From an uncultured virus (IMG/VR IMGVR_UViG_3300043438_001049) (taxonomy: Duplodnaviria; Heunggongvirae; Uroviricota; Caudoviricetes): a stretch of 64,000 nt of DNA. The first letter of the stretch is position 1; each line of letters starts with the position of its first letter. The stretch is from the IMG/VR virus record IMGVR_UViG_3300043438_001049; one strand, written 5' to 3'. The position numbers and the translations under genes were made by a program. This document shows positions 55,665 through 64,000 of the stretch, piece by piece. The notes under the pieces were generated by a model. It was not told where the DNA came from and made no database searches. It saw only the letters and a program-made list of their open reading frames with translations.

Positions 55665-56469
55665 CGAGAATCTCCAAGGGTGCTATTTTTAACACGCCTG
55701 GACCTGCAGACTCACATGCTTTTTTAATTGGGCATGACTTGCATATCTTGGAGTTTGATCTATAGTTTTTGTTTGGCAGGGTTCTGTCTTCCCATGTCTT
55801 GCGAACTAATCTCATCCAATCAAATGCCTGGTCTACCCACCGACGGTAATGATCGTTTACATCTACAGGGATCAAAAGGAGTTCATGATTATTTTTATTT
55901 TCATAAATCATTACACCAACTGGTCTCTTTAAGATTTTCATATAGATAAGTAACTGCATTAGGTGACCATTCTTGGCCTTACCAGATGCCTTTCTATACT
56001 CGAATCCTTCGTTCATCATTGTTTTAATTTCACCAATGAGTTCTTGGCCTTGCCAATCAAACATAACATCGCCATATCCAAAGATAGGGGGATCTTGATT
56101 TATAATTTTAAACTCTGTAGTGGCTTCGTTATTCTCATCACGATAAACTTTTACCATTCCAGCGTTCAACATTGCATTTTGAATTCGTGCATGTGATAGT
56201 GTTCCTGCAGTCATGTTGGCTGCACCATAAGCATCTGCGTTGTCTTCAAACATCTGACCGTCAAAAGCAAGATACCAATATCTAGCACATTCTCCGTGCC
56301 CGTAAGCAATAGTTGATGGAGCAAAAGTCTTTTTTGTTGTATGCTTATCTACACGAGTAATCGTATAGCCTTCTTTAATCTTTGCCTCAAGCCCTGCTAT
56401 ATCTATAGGATGAATTGGCTTTTCTTCTGGCTTTATCATTACCGTATGCAATAAATTTTTTGTCATCAT
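55651..56469 (-). CDS. Cas4-like PD-(D/E)xK exonuclease
   Basis: C.R..Y...GT..H...GD...EIKT...QLLIY...C..CP...C. Confidence 0.8.
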   Translation of the reverse strand: MMTKNLLHTVMIKPEEKPIHPIDIAGLEAKIKEGYTITRVDKHTTKKTFAPSTIAYGHGECARYWYLAFDGQMFEDNADAYGAANMTAGTLSHARIQNAMLNAGMVKVYRDENNEATTEFKIINQDPPIFGYGDVMFDWQGQELIGEIKTMMNEGFEYRKASGKAKNGHLMQLLIYMKILKRPVGVMIYENKNNHELLLIPVDVNDHYRRWVDQAFDWMRLVRKTWEDRTLPNKNYRSNSKICKSCPIKKACESAGPGVLKIAPLEILGEQL

Positions 56470-56500
56470 TTCTCGTTTCTATTAGTATAAGTATAGCAGA

Positions 56501-56806
56501 TTATCGGGTTATGTACTTTAGTGCAGACACCAAGTTATTTAACGACTCTGCTGCCGTATAATAAAGATTCTTTTTGCCGCGATCTGATTTGTCAACATTA
56601 GCCATCCATGTTGCCTTAAATGCCATCTTTGCTGCTATTGCTTGAAGTCTTACAATCTCTATATGTGCTACATTTAAAGGAATGTCTGGCTTAATAATTA
56701 TCTTAGCAATAAATGTTAAAGCAGTAGTCAACTCCTCATCTTGCATGTAGTCTGCAATCTCTGCCAAACCATTTACCATATCTATAGTTGTTTGTTGTTG
56801 TTCCAT
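56501..56806 (-). CDS. Conserved hypothetical protein
   Basis: Coupled within replication cluster. Confidence 0.6.
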   Translation of the reverse strand: MEQQQTTIDMVNGLAEIADYMQDEELTTALTFIAKIIIKPDIPLNVAHIEIVRLQAIAAKMAFKATWMANVDKSDRGKKNLYYTAAESLNNLVSALKYITR

Positions 56807-57111
56807 TATTCCTCCACTAGATCTTCTAATATACTCATCTCAATTATAGCAAGTCTTACTTTAGAGTTACCCTCGCCCATTACGACTACTATGGCTGGGT
56901 CCTTTCCGTTCTTCATGGCATCGGTAGTAGCCTTTGCCCAAACCTCTTTATTTAATGTAAAAGATTTTCCGACCTCTTTAAAGTCTACAACAAAGTTTTT
57001 CCAAGATGCATCTCCTTTTTGAGTATTACGTCCAGAGTTCTTGTGCTGTTTAGCACCTATCCTCTTGGACTCACTCTTCTCTGTCATTGCCTTTGTATTT
57101 CTGCTTGCCAA
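56806..57111 (-). CDS. PD-(D/E)xK resolvase-like nuclease
   Basis: NSGR..KGDA...VDFKE. Confidence 0.6.
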   Translation of the reverse strand: MASRNTKAMTEKSESKRIGAKQHKNSGRNTQKGDASWKNFVVDFKEVGKSFTLNKEVWAKATTDAMKNGKDPAIVVVMGEGNSKVRLAIIEMSILEDLVEE

Positions 57112-57280
57112 ACTTAACTGTACTAAGATGTTTATTTGGACACATCCATGTTGCTGTTTTTGTTTCTGGGTATAGCCTTAGAGATCTAACATCATTTTTG
57201 CATTCATGACAAATAAACTTTCCATTGTAAACAGTAAAGTTAGCCACTGAGTTTTGCCTTGATTGATTCTTGCAAATCAA
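57071..57280 (-). CDS. Small Zn-ribbon protein
   Basis: CHEC...CPNKH. Confidence 0.5.
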   Translation of the reverse strand: MICKNQSRQNSVANFTVYNGKFICHECKNDVRSLRLYPETKTATWMCPNKHLSTVKFGKQKYKGNDREE

Positions 57281-58256
57281 GATCCTCTCTTACACGATTA
57301 ACAAATGCCTCTTTGCCTTGGACTTTTGATCCATCAGGAAGAATGTACCATGCACCTGTACGCTCTACGATACCATTTAATTCAGCAGTAGTAACAAGAT
57401 CACCGATGGTGTCAAGACCAATATTATTACCTCTAAAATAAAAATCATACTCGCCAGATTGAAACCCTGGGGAGGTTTTTGAGAACTGGAGTTCCCATTT
57501 AATAGTTCTACCAATTTTTTCTTCAATTAATTTGTCTCCTACCTTAATCTTTCCTTTAATCGCTTGATTGTCTGACTCGGAACTAAATAACTTAACAATG
57601 CAAGAAGAATAAAACTTAGTAGCCTGACCACCAGAAGGCTGCTGGCTAGTATACATAGCGTTAATATTATTGCGAGACTGGGAAATAAGAACAAGAAGAG
57701 TAGGCTTAACCTTGTTGTTAGCATAATTAAGCATTTTCCATGCGTTACTAAAGTCACGAGATTCTGCCCCAATCTGCTTTGTATTTTCTAATGCCTTCAT
57801 CTCATCTGTATCTTTTTCAAAATAGATTGCTGGAAGCATTGATGTAATAGAGTCTACCACGATTAAGTCAACACCAGCGTTCATTAATCCAACACCTACA
57901 TCTACCATGTCACTAATAGTTCTTGCTTGTGAGTAGATTAATTTTTCTGGATCTACCCCAAGAGTTCTAGCCCACTCTTCTGAGTATGACATTTCTGAAT
58001 CAATCCACGCACATAATTTTCCTTCTGCCTGTGCTAAAGCAATCATCTGAAGGCACATAGAGGACTTTGCAGAAGACTTAGACCCCCAAATAAGAACTTG
58101 TCTACCATATGGCAAACCTCCTCCTAGAGCACGGTTTAAACCATAACTTGGTGTTGGCTGATACTCATAACTAATACCAACCCCACTGCCTAATCTCTTT
58201 CTTAACTTAGGATCAAGTTGTGCTAAAGCCTCTTCTATACTAACCGACATGTACAT
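57240..58256 (-). CDS. recA: RecA-like recombinase
   Basis: LGGGLP.GR...GSKSSAKS...VVDS...ISQ.R...GG.A.KFY...GAWY. Confidence 0.9.
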   Translation of the reverse strand: MYMSVSIEEALAQLDPKLRKRLGSGVGISYEYQPTPSYGLNRALGGGLPYGRQVLIWGSKSSAKSSMCLQMIALAQAEGKLCAWIDSEMSYSEEWARTLGVDPEKLIYSQARTISDMVDVGVGLMNAGVDLIVVDSITSMLPAIYFEKDTDEMKALENTKQIGAESRDFSNAWKMLNYANNKVKPTLLVLISQSRNNINAMYTSQQPSGGQATKFYSSCIVKLFSSESDNQAIKGKIKVGDKLIEEKIGRTIKWELQFSKTSPGFQSGEYDFYFRGNNIGLDTIGDLVTTAELNGIVERTGAWYILPDGSKVQGKEAFVNRVREDLDLQESIKAKLSG

Positions 58257-61200
58257 CCTCCAATGTTACTGTTCCGTCTTTTGTCTTTCCAAAATCAAAC
58301 TTATAAGATTTTCCTTCTTCAATGTGCATGTATGCTTTTGCAAATGATGTAGGGAAAACTGTAATAGAATGCAAGTCTCTGCTTGTATCTGCAAGTGTCA
58401 GAGATGCCATTTTTTTTCCTGTCTTTGTAATTCTTGGTTTAAAAGAAACTACAAACATTTCATCATCTTTATATGGTAACTGCTTGTAACTTAAGAACTT
58501 TACAAGTGCGTGAGATGATTCTTTTATTTCATCTGAAGGTATGAAAGAAACAATCCTGTTGTCATTACACAAAAGCAGATAAGAACGACCTGTCTCAATA
58601 ATCGTATTTTCATCGTCAAATATACCGACACTGCCAGTTTTGTCCAAAACTTCAACTCGTGACCATCCTGTTCCTCGCTTAATTGATTTTACCATACCCA
58701 TAAAAATGTATGATCCTTTTTCTTCAAAGTCAACAATGTCCTGAATAAATGCATAGTAATGAGAAGGAATAGTAATATTAAACTCTGGAAGGTTTAAGTA
58801 TTCATATAGGTTCTCTTTAATCTCCTGATCATTTCTAGGATTATCATTAAAGGTTGCTGCGCCTATTGCTCTTAGTGCTTGGAGTGCACGACTGTTTACT
58901 CCATTTCCTTTGGTAAATGTAAATTCCTCAAGTTCTTTGTACGAATTGAATGGTCGTGCAGATATGTATCTTTCACCAATTTTGTCAGATATGAACTTGA
59001 TAGCACTGAGTCCAAACCGAATGCCTTTACCCTCAATCTTAAAATCAATATCCGAATCGTTAATGTGAGGTAACTTAACGCTAATGCCCATTCTTTTTGC
59101 TTCAATAAGGTATTCAGTTCTTGCATCTTTGTCCTTTTCATTTTTTAGCACTGAGTACATAAACTCAAGTGGGTAATAATACTTTAGCCATGCTGTCCAA
59201 TAGGATAGCGTTGAGTATGCTACTGCGTGAGACTTGTTAAATGAGTACCCTGCGTGAGCCTCAAAGTCATGCCATAAATCACGAGCAAGGTTAGGAGAGA
59301 TAAACTTTGATGCACCCTCTACGAACTTCTCTTTAAACTGATCAAATTCTTTAGCATCTTTTTTCTTTCCAATGATCTTTCTAACTTTATCTGCTTCCGA
59401 CATGGACATACCGCCAAGGTGTACGCATGCTTGCATAACTTGTTCTTGGTAAAGAATACAACCATAAGTGTCCTCCGTAAATTCTTTTAATACTTGGTGT
59501 GTATAAGATATATTTTGACGACCATGCTTACGATCAACATAGTCTTTTCCAATAGTATTCATTGCACCTGGACGAACAAGAGCATTAGACGCTGCTAGTT
59601 CATTTAGGTTCTTAACTCCCATCTTAACAAGAAGGTTTGTGTATGGTGCTGCTTCACATTGGAAGACTCCTTTTGTGTATCCATCAGAAAGCATCTGATA
59701 AACATTTGCATCGTCCATCTTAATCTTAAGAAGGTCAATCTTTTTTCCATCTCGCTCTTTAATTATGTCAATTGTATTTTTAAGAACAGACAAAGTTTTA
59801 AGACCTAAAGCATCAATTTTAATTAAACCAATTCTTTCAGCCTCTTCCATATCAACACCAACTACAGGAATTCTTTCATCAGAACCAGTAGACGATCTTG
59901 TTTCAAGTGGTGCGTATCTAAAGATTGGCTCTTTGCTTGTTACTACGCCTGCTGCGTGAATACCTGTACCACGAATGCGACCACGAAGTTGTTCTCCATA
60001 GACTTCTACTTCTGGATACTTTTGACGAAATTCATATGTTGATTTTGATGTGCAGAAATCATCCCAGGAGTCTACAGTTTTTAAAACCTTATTAACATCT
60101 GATAAAGGAATATTTAATACTCGTGAAACATCTCTAACAATTCCCTTGCCAGTAAACTCAAGGAAGGTAGCAATAGATGCAACATGTCGATACTGTCTAA
60201 CAAGATAGTCTTTAACTTCTTCACGACGAGTATCCTGAATATCTGTATCAATATCTGGGAAGTCATTACGTTCTGGATTAATAAAACGGAAAAACAAAAG
60301 ATTGTGCTCAATAGGATCAATGTCTGTAATCTTTAATGCATAACAGACAAGAGAACCAGCAGAAGAACCACGACCTGGGCCAACCATAATCTCTTCCTTC
60401 TTTGCCCAGTTGATCATGTTACTTACAACAAGGAAATATGGAGCAAACTTTTTATCCTTAATAATCTTTAACTCTTCTTCAAGTCTGTCAAGATACTCTT
60501 GGTTTTCTGACAAACCTCTTTCTACCAAACCTTCTAATGCAGCCTTTGCAAGTTCTTTATCAGGACCCTTGTACTGTACTGGTAGCAAGTCTAATCCTTC
60601 TTGAATTCCATAGTCTCCTACTGTCTCTGCTAATAGGATTGTGTTTGAGTATATGTCAGGTCTATCAATACCCTGCAATTCCATGGCTGCTTTAATCTCT
60701 TCATATGAGAGCAGATGAATATCAAACTTATTAAATGTTATCTGACGGTCTTCGCCATAAAGATAGTCAAGGCGTTCCATCATGTTGCCTTTTTTCTTTG
60801 ACTTCTCATAGGTTGCATCTTTTACAAACTTGCCGTGAGTGTTCATAAGCAATTTAAACTCTTGCACTTCTTTTTGTGATGGATCAACATGGTGGCAGTC
60901 TGGTGTTACAACAACCTTGATTCCAAACTCATCTGCAAGTTCAATTAAATATTTGTTAATCTGTGCATCATTGTGAGGCATGACTTCAATATAGTAGTCA
61001 TCTTTAAAGCGTTCCTTGAACCAAGATATATACTTCTTGGCAAGAGCAAACTCTTCTTCTTCTAATGCTTTTACAAGCACACTACTTGGACAAGCAGAAG
61101 TAACAATAATTCCTTCTTTATATTTTTCCAAAATAGTAAAATCAAATCTTGGCTTTTTAAAGAAACCATCTGTCCAAGATAGTTCACTAATCTTGTTAAG

Positions 61201-61515
61201 GTTTTCTAAACCAATTTGATTCTTGGCTAGAAGGATAATGTGGTTGTAGACAAGATCTTGCTGACCTTCTCTTTCAGACTTATCTCTTGTATCAGATATG
61301 TCTGCACACATGTATCCTTCTAGACCTAGAATTGGCTTAATGCCATTTGCTTTTGCAATACGGTGCAGTTCCCTATGCCCAGATAAAGTACCGTGGTCAG
61401 TGATGGCAATTGCTGGCATCCCTAACTCAACTGCACGGTTCACGTATTCTTCTGGAGTAGCAATCCCATCAAATAAACTAAAATGGGTATGGACATGTAA
61501 GCCTACGTAATTCAT
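58240..61515 (-). CDS. dnaE: DNA polymerase III alpha subunit
   Basis: PHP domain (HVHT.FS..DG, TDHG), GRGSSAGS, PDIDTD, YSFNKSH; no intein evident. Confidence 0.95.
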   Translation of the reverse strand: MNYVGLHVHTHFSLFDGIATPEEYVNRAVELGMPAIAITDHGTLSGHRELHRIAKANGIKPILGLEGYMCADISDTRDKSEREGQQDLVYNHIILLAKNQIGLENLNKISELSWTDGFFKKPRFDFTILEKYKEGIIVTSACPSSVLVKALEEEEFALAKKYISWFKERFKDDYYIEVMPHNDAQINKYLIELADEFGIKVVVTPDCHHVDPSQKEVQEFKLLMNTHGKFVKDATYEKSKKKGNMMERLDYLYGEDRQITFNKFDIHLLSYEEIKAAMELQGIDRPDIYSNTILLAETVGDYGIQEGLDLLPVQYKGPDKELAKAALEGLVERGLSENQEYLDRLEEELKIIKDKKFAPYFLVVSNMINWAKKEEIMVGPGRGSSAGSLVCYALKITDIDPIEHNLLFFRFINPERNDFPDIDTDIQDTRREEVKDYLVRQYRHVASIATFLEFTGKGIVRDVSRVLNIPLSDVNKVLKTVDSWDDFCTSKSTYEFRQKYPEVEVYGEQLRGRIRGTGIHAAGVVTSKEPIFRYAPLETRSSTGSDERIPVVGVDMEEAERIGLIKIDALGLKTLSVLKNTIDIIKERDGKKIDLLKIKMDDANVYQMLSDGYTKGVFQCEAAPYTNLLVKMGVKNLNELAASNALVRPGAMNTIGKDYVDRKHGRQNISYTHQVLKEFTEDTYGCILYQEQVMQACVHLGGMSMSEADKVRKIIGKKKDAKEFDQFKEKFVEGASKFISPNLARDLWHDFEAHAGYSFNKSHAVAYSTLSYWTAWLKYYYPLEFMYSVLKNEKDKDARTEYLIEAKRMGISVKLPHINDSDIDFKIEGKGIRFGLSAIKFISDKIGERYISARPFNSYKELEEFTFTKGNGVNSRALQALRAIGAATFNDNPRNDQEIKENLYEYLNLPEFNITIPSHYYAFIQDIVDFEEKGSYIFMGMVKSIKRGTGWSRVEVLDKTGSVGIFDDENTIIETGRSYLLLCNDNRIVSFIPSDEIKESSHALVKFLSYKQLPYKDDEMFVVSFKPRITKTGKKMASLTLADTSRDLHSITVFPTSFAKAYMHIEEGKSYKFDFGKTKDGTVTLEDVHVG

Positions 61516-61516
61516 A

Positions 61517-62173
61517 TTACCAATCTGCGTTGGTAGATGAAGTTACAGATGGACCATCAAAGCCCAAATAGTATGCTTCTTGCTCTGCATAAGGAATCTT
61601 CTTAAGTGCTGACTCAAGAGGATAAGGTTCAACTGTTCCCCATGCAAATGGTTCCTTATCTGGTGCTGCTGGAATAAGTGTGTAATTAGTTTCAGTTCCC
61701 TGACCATTACGCTTTAACTTCCAGAGTACGTTTGAGATGCTTCCTGTTTCAAGAGCATACTCACGAATTGTGTTGAATGATGACTGCTTGCTGATACCCA
61801 TTGACCAGATTGCAACATATGGTGCTTCAATTCCATCATCAACTAATACGTTGCAATAGAAACGAAGGCGTCCACGCCAACCTGCCTTTGGATCTTTACG
61901 ATGCATTTCTTCTGCCCAGTCACGGCCTTCAGATTCCAATGTGTCTACAGCCTTACGCTTGTAGTCCTTTGGATTTACGTGTTCTTTAACAACAAGTGCT
62001 AGTCCACGACCTTCATTATAGTTTGCTGAGTCTTCATCAAGTTCTTCGATAAATCGAATCTTAACTGATTGTCCGTCAGCGAGTTTTAGCCATTTTAACT
62101 TTGGCCCGTCGTTTTCATACTTTGGCTTGTCGAGCAGGGCATTAATGTTCTTGAGTCCCTTTACTACGCTCAT
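61517..62173 (-). CDS. Single-stranded DNA-binding protein (gp32-like)
   Basis: WLKLADGQSVKIRF...KRNGQGTET.Y; position between primase and DnaE. Confidence 0.65.
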   Translation of the reverse strand: MSVVKGLKNINALLDKPKYENDGPKLKWLKLADGQSVKIRFIEELDEDSANYNEGRGLALVVKEHVNPKDYKRKAVDTLESEGRDWAEEMHRKDPKAGWRGRLRFYCNVLVDDGIEAPYVAIWSMGISKQSSFNTIREYALETGSISNVLWKLKRNGQGTETNYTLIPAAPDKEPFAWGTVEPYPLESALKKIPYAEQEAYYLGFDGPSVTSSTNADW

Positions 62174-62196
62174 ATATTTCTCCTTTGTTTGTTATA

Positions 62197-63141
62197 TTAG
62201 TTTAGCATAAGAGATATTGATTTGTCAAACTGGAACTCTAAATTCTTAAGTTCTTCGTCTGGCATATCTCCAATATCCTTATACTGATTGTTTAGTTTAA
62301 TAACAGAAACACGAGTAGAAAGTTTTTCAACTATCCTATCTTTCATGTTTCCTCCCGCCTCATCGTTATCGGCAATAACAATAATGTTATTGAAATACTT
62401 TTGAAGCAATTCTGTTTGTATGTTTGATACGTTTGCACCCAAGGTTGCAACGGCTGGAAGACCTACTTGGTCAAGCCTTATTGCATCAAATGATGACTCC
62501 ACTACATATACTCTATCAGACTTTTTTACTCTATGCAAGTTAAATAATGTTTTACTTTTTGGAAGTCCTGGAGTATTCTTAAAATCTTTTCCTTCAATAG
62601 ATCTGCCAACAAATCCAATTGGAATCCCATCTGGGCTATGGACTGGAACGGTAACCATATCTTGCTTATCAGAATAGCCAAGTGAAAACTTTGCCCAGGA
62701 CTGCATCTCTATGTGTCTTGATTTAAAATAATTTTTTGGTCTATCTAATAAAACTAAATTGTTATAAAGTCTTTTTAATATATCTATGTCAAATTGTTTA
62801 AACTCTTCTTCAACTATTAGGCTTTTATTTATGTCATCAACAAGATTACTTAATTTTTCTTTTGATTTGATATATCTTGCTGATTCAAAATAGGTTCTTC
62901 CAGAAGTATGCATTATTAGTTCAAGAAGGTCTGCTGTTTTCTGACAAGAAAAACAAAAGAATAAACCGTTTGATTTATGTACTTCTCCTGCTGGGGTTCT
63001 GTGGTTGTTGTGAAATGGACAAAAGACTATATAGTTATCTGATAAATCAGACTCAATATCTATACCCGATCCTGTAAGGACTCTTTTAACTTGGTCTGCG
63101 GTATAAAGATTGGATTCGTTCCGTCTATTCCTGCTATCCAT
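62197..63141 (-). CDS. DNA primase (Zn finger plus Toprim)
   Basis: CPFH...CFSC; VVES.FD; DNDEAG; KDIGD. Confidence 0.9.
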   Translation of the reverse strand: MDSRNRRNESNLYTADQVKRVLTGSGIDIESDLSDNYIVFCPFHNNHRTPAGEVHKSNGLFFCFSCQKTADLLELIMHTSGRTYFESARYIKSKEKLSNLVDDINKSLIVEEEFKQFDIDILKRLYNNLVLLDRPKNYFKSRHIEMQSWAKFSLGYSDKQDMVTVPVHSPDGIPIGFVGRSIEGKDFKNTPGLPKSKTLFNLHRVKKSDRVYVVESSFDAIRLDQVGLPAVATLGANVSNIQTELLQKYFNNIIVIADNDEAGGNMKDRIVEKLSTRVSVIKLNNQYKDIGDMPDEELKNLEFQFDKSISLMLN

Positions 63142-63413
63142 TCGCTTTTCCTTTTCCCTGCGTAAACTGCCTGTATTGATAATTCAAATTCGTAAAAGTT
63201 CTTTTTATCATTATATCGTATAGTGAAGTCTGGGTCAAGGTCAAGCCTTGGCACATACCCGCTTAGTTTCATTTCTGAGACTAATAATCTTACATATTCT
63301 ATTTTAAGTCTACCAATCATAGAGTCGTCATGAATTACTCCATCAAGATAAAACTTTTTTATAGGTTTATGATGATAGAACGTAGGTGGTAAAGACTCCA
63401 TGTTTTCTGACAT
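63060..63413 (-). CDS. Conserved hypothetical protein
   Basis: GYVPRLDLDPDF motif. Confidence 0.6.
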   Translation of the reverse strand: MSENMESLPPTFYHHKPIKKFYLDGVIHDDSMIGRLKIEYVRLLVSEMKLSGYVPRLDLDPDFTIRYNDKKNFYEFELSIQAVYAGKRKSEWIAGIDGTNPIFIPQTKLKESLQDRV

Positions 63414-63425
63414 ATCATATTATAA

Positions 63426-64000
63426 CTACTTATCTTCAAAATCTTTATATCGATAGTATCCCTTGTCAAAATCACATTGAACTAGGAAATCTCCCATAAA
63501 CCCATTACGGTTTTTTCTAAAGGCGCATTCAATGATATCGCTATTAGTCCCACGGCCAAGAGCAAGCACCCAGTCTGCATCGTAAGCAATCTGTCTAGAC
63601 CATGCAGTTTGACCAAGTGTCGGGACTGAAGATAGATCATTAACATCATCTGGTGTAGCAGAAGAAATAGCAATAATTGGCACTTCTTCACCAATAGCCA
63701 TTAGTTTAAGTTCTCTTGAAAGGTTCTTCATTCGTACCGTTTCATTATCTGACTTCTGATTAGGAGCCATTAACTGAAGGTAGTCAACGATTACAAAGTC
63801 TGGTTTGTATTGATCAATCTTTCCACGAAGAACAGAGGGGTTAATTTCCCCACCCTGGTCATTTGATATGATGTGAAATTCTGGCTTGCCTTTAAGATTT
63901 TTTTCATGCCATTCTTTTAGCATGTCCATCTCAACTTCGCCATTACTTAATTTTCTATGAGACCAACGACCTTCACCCATAATTGTAAATACACGATTAC
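63426..64000 (-). CDS. dnaB: DnaB-like replicative helicase (C-terminal part; starts beyond window)
   Basis: IVDYLQLM...SRELKLMA...IAYDAD...KNRNG. Confidence 0.9.
   Translation of the reverse strand, partial: NRVFTIMGEGRWSHRKLSNGEVEMDMLKEWHEKNLKGKPEFHIISNDQGGEINPSVLRGKIDQYKPDFVIVDYLQLMAPNQKSDNETVRMKNLSRELKLMAIGEEVPIIAISSATPDDVNDLSSVPTLGQTAWSRQIAYDADWVLALGRGTNSDIIECAFRKNRNGFMGDFLVQCDFDKGYYRYKDFEDK

Noticed and set aside
55651..56469. Cas4-like gene as evidence of CRISPR-Cas
   Set aside because: No array or other cas genes; it sits in the recombination cluster, as is usual for phage exonucleases
58240..61515. Intein or intron in DnaE (also checked RecA and terminase)
   Set aside because: Lengths are normal and no splicing motifs or interruptions are visible
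1..64000. Prophage or bacterial chromosome context
   Set aside because: No integrase, att site or host housekeeping operons; phage-type organisation throughout

Overview
This window is part of a large, AT-rich tailed dsDNA bacteriophage genome, not a bacterial chromosome. The host is inferred to be an actinobacterium, plausibly a freshwater low-GC lineage, from WhiB, AhpC/AhpD, a XapX-type protein and pervasive leaderless extended -10 promoters. Layout: 1-5.4 kb, minus-strand tail/virion accessory genes. About 7.7-19.3 kb, an early-type region of small ORFs in promoter-driven cassettes. 19.3-20 kb, a repeat-rich element ending in DnaA boxes. 20-51.9 kb, an accessory island (about 8 P4H-type 2OG-Fe(II) oxygenases, 2 JmjC/cupins, 2 glutathione-peroxidase-like genes, AhpC/AhpD, LLM monooxygenase, carbamoyltransferase, APS-kinase/nucleotidyltransferase, CHAP endolysin, tRNAs). 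51.9-64 kb, core packaging, recombination and replication genes (terminase, RuvC, Cas4-like exonuclease, RecA, DnaE, SSB, primase, DnaB). The most unusual signals are non-coding. (i) Early cassettes are delimited by CACGTG palindromes followed by clustered CRP-type TGTGA-N6-TCACA sites and DnaA boxes. (ii) A compact covarying H-type pseudoknot motif occurs 7 times at transcript 3' ends. (iii) There are several promoter-driven structured ncRNA candidates. All functional calls come from motif recognition by eye; no database searches were run.
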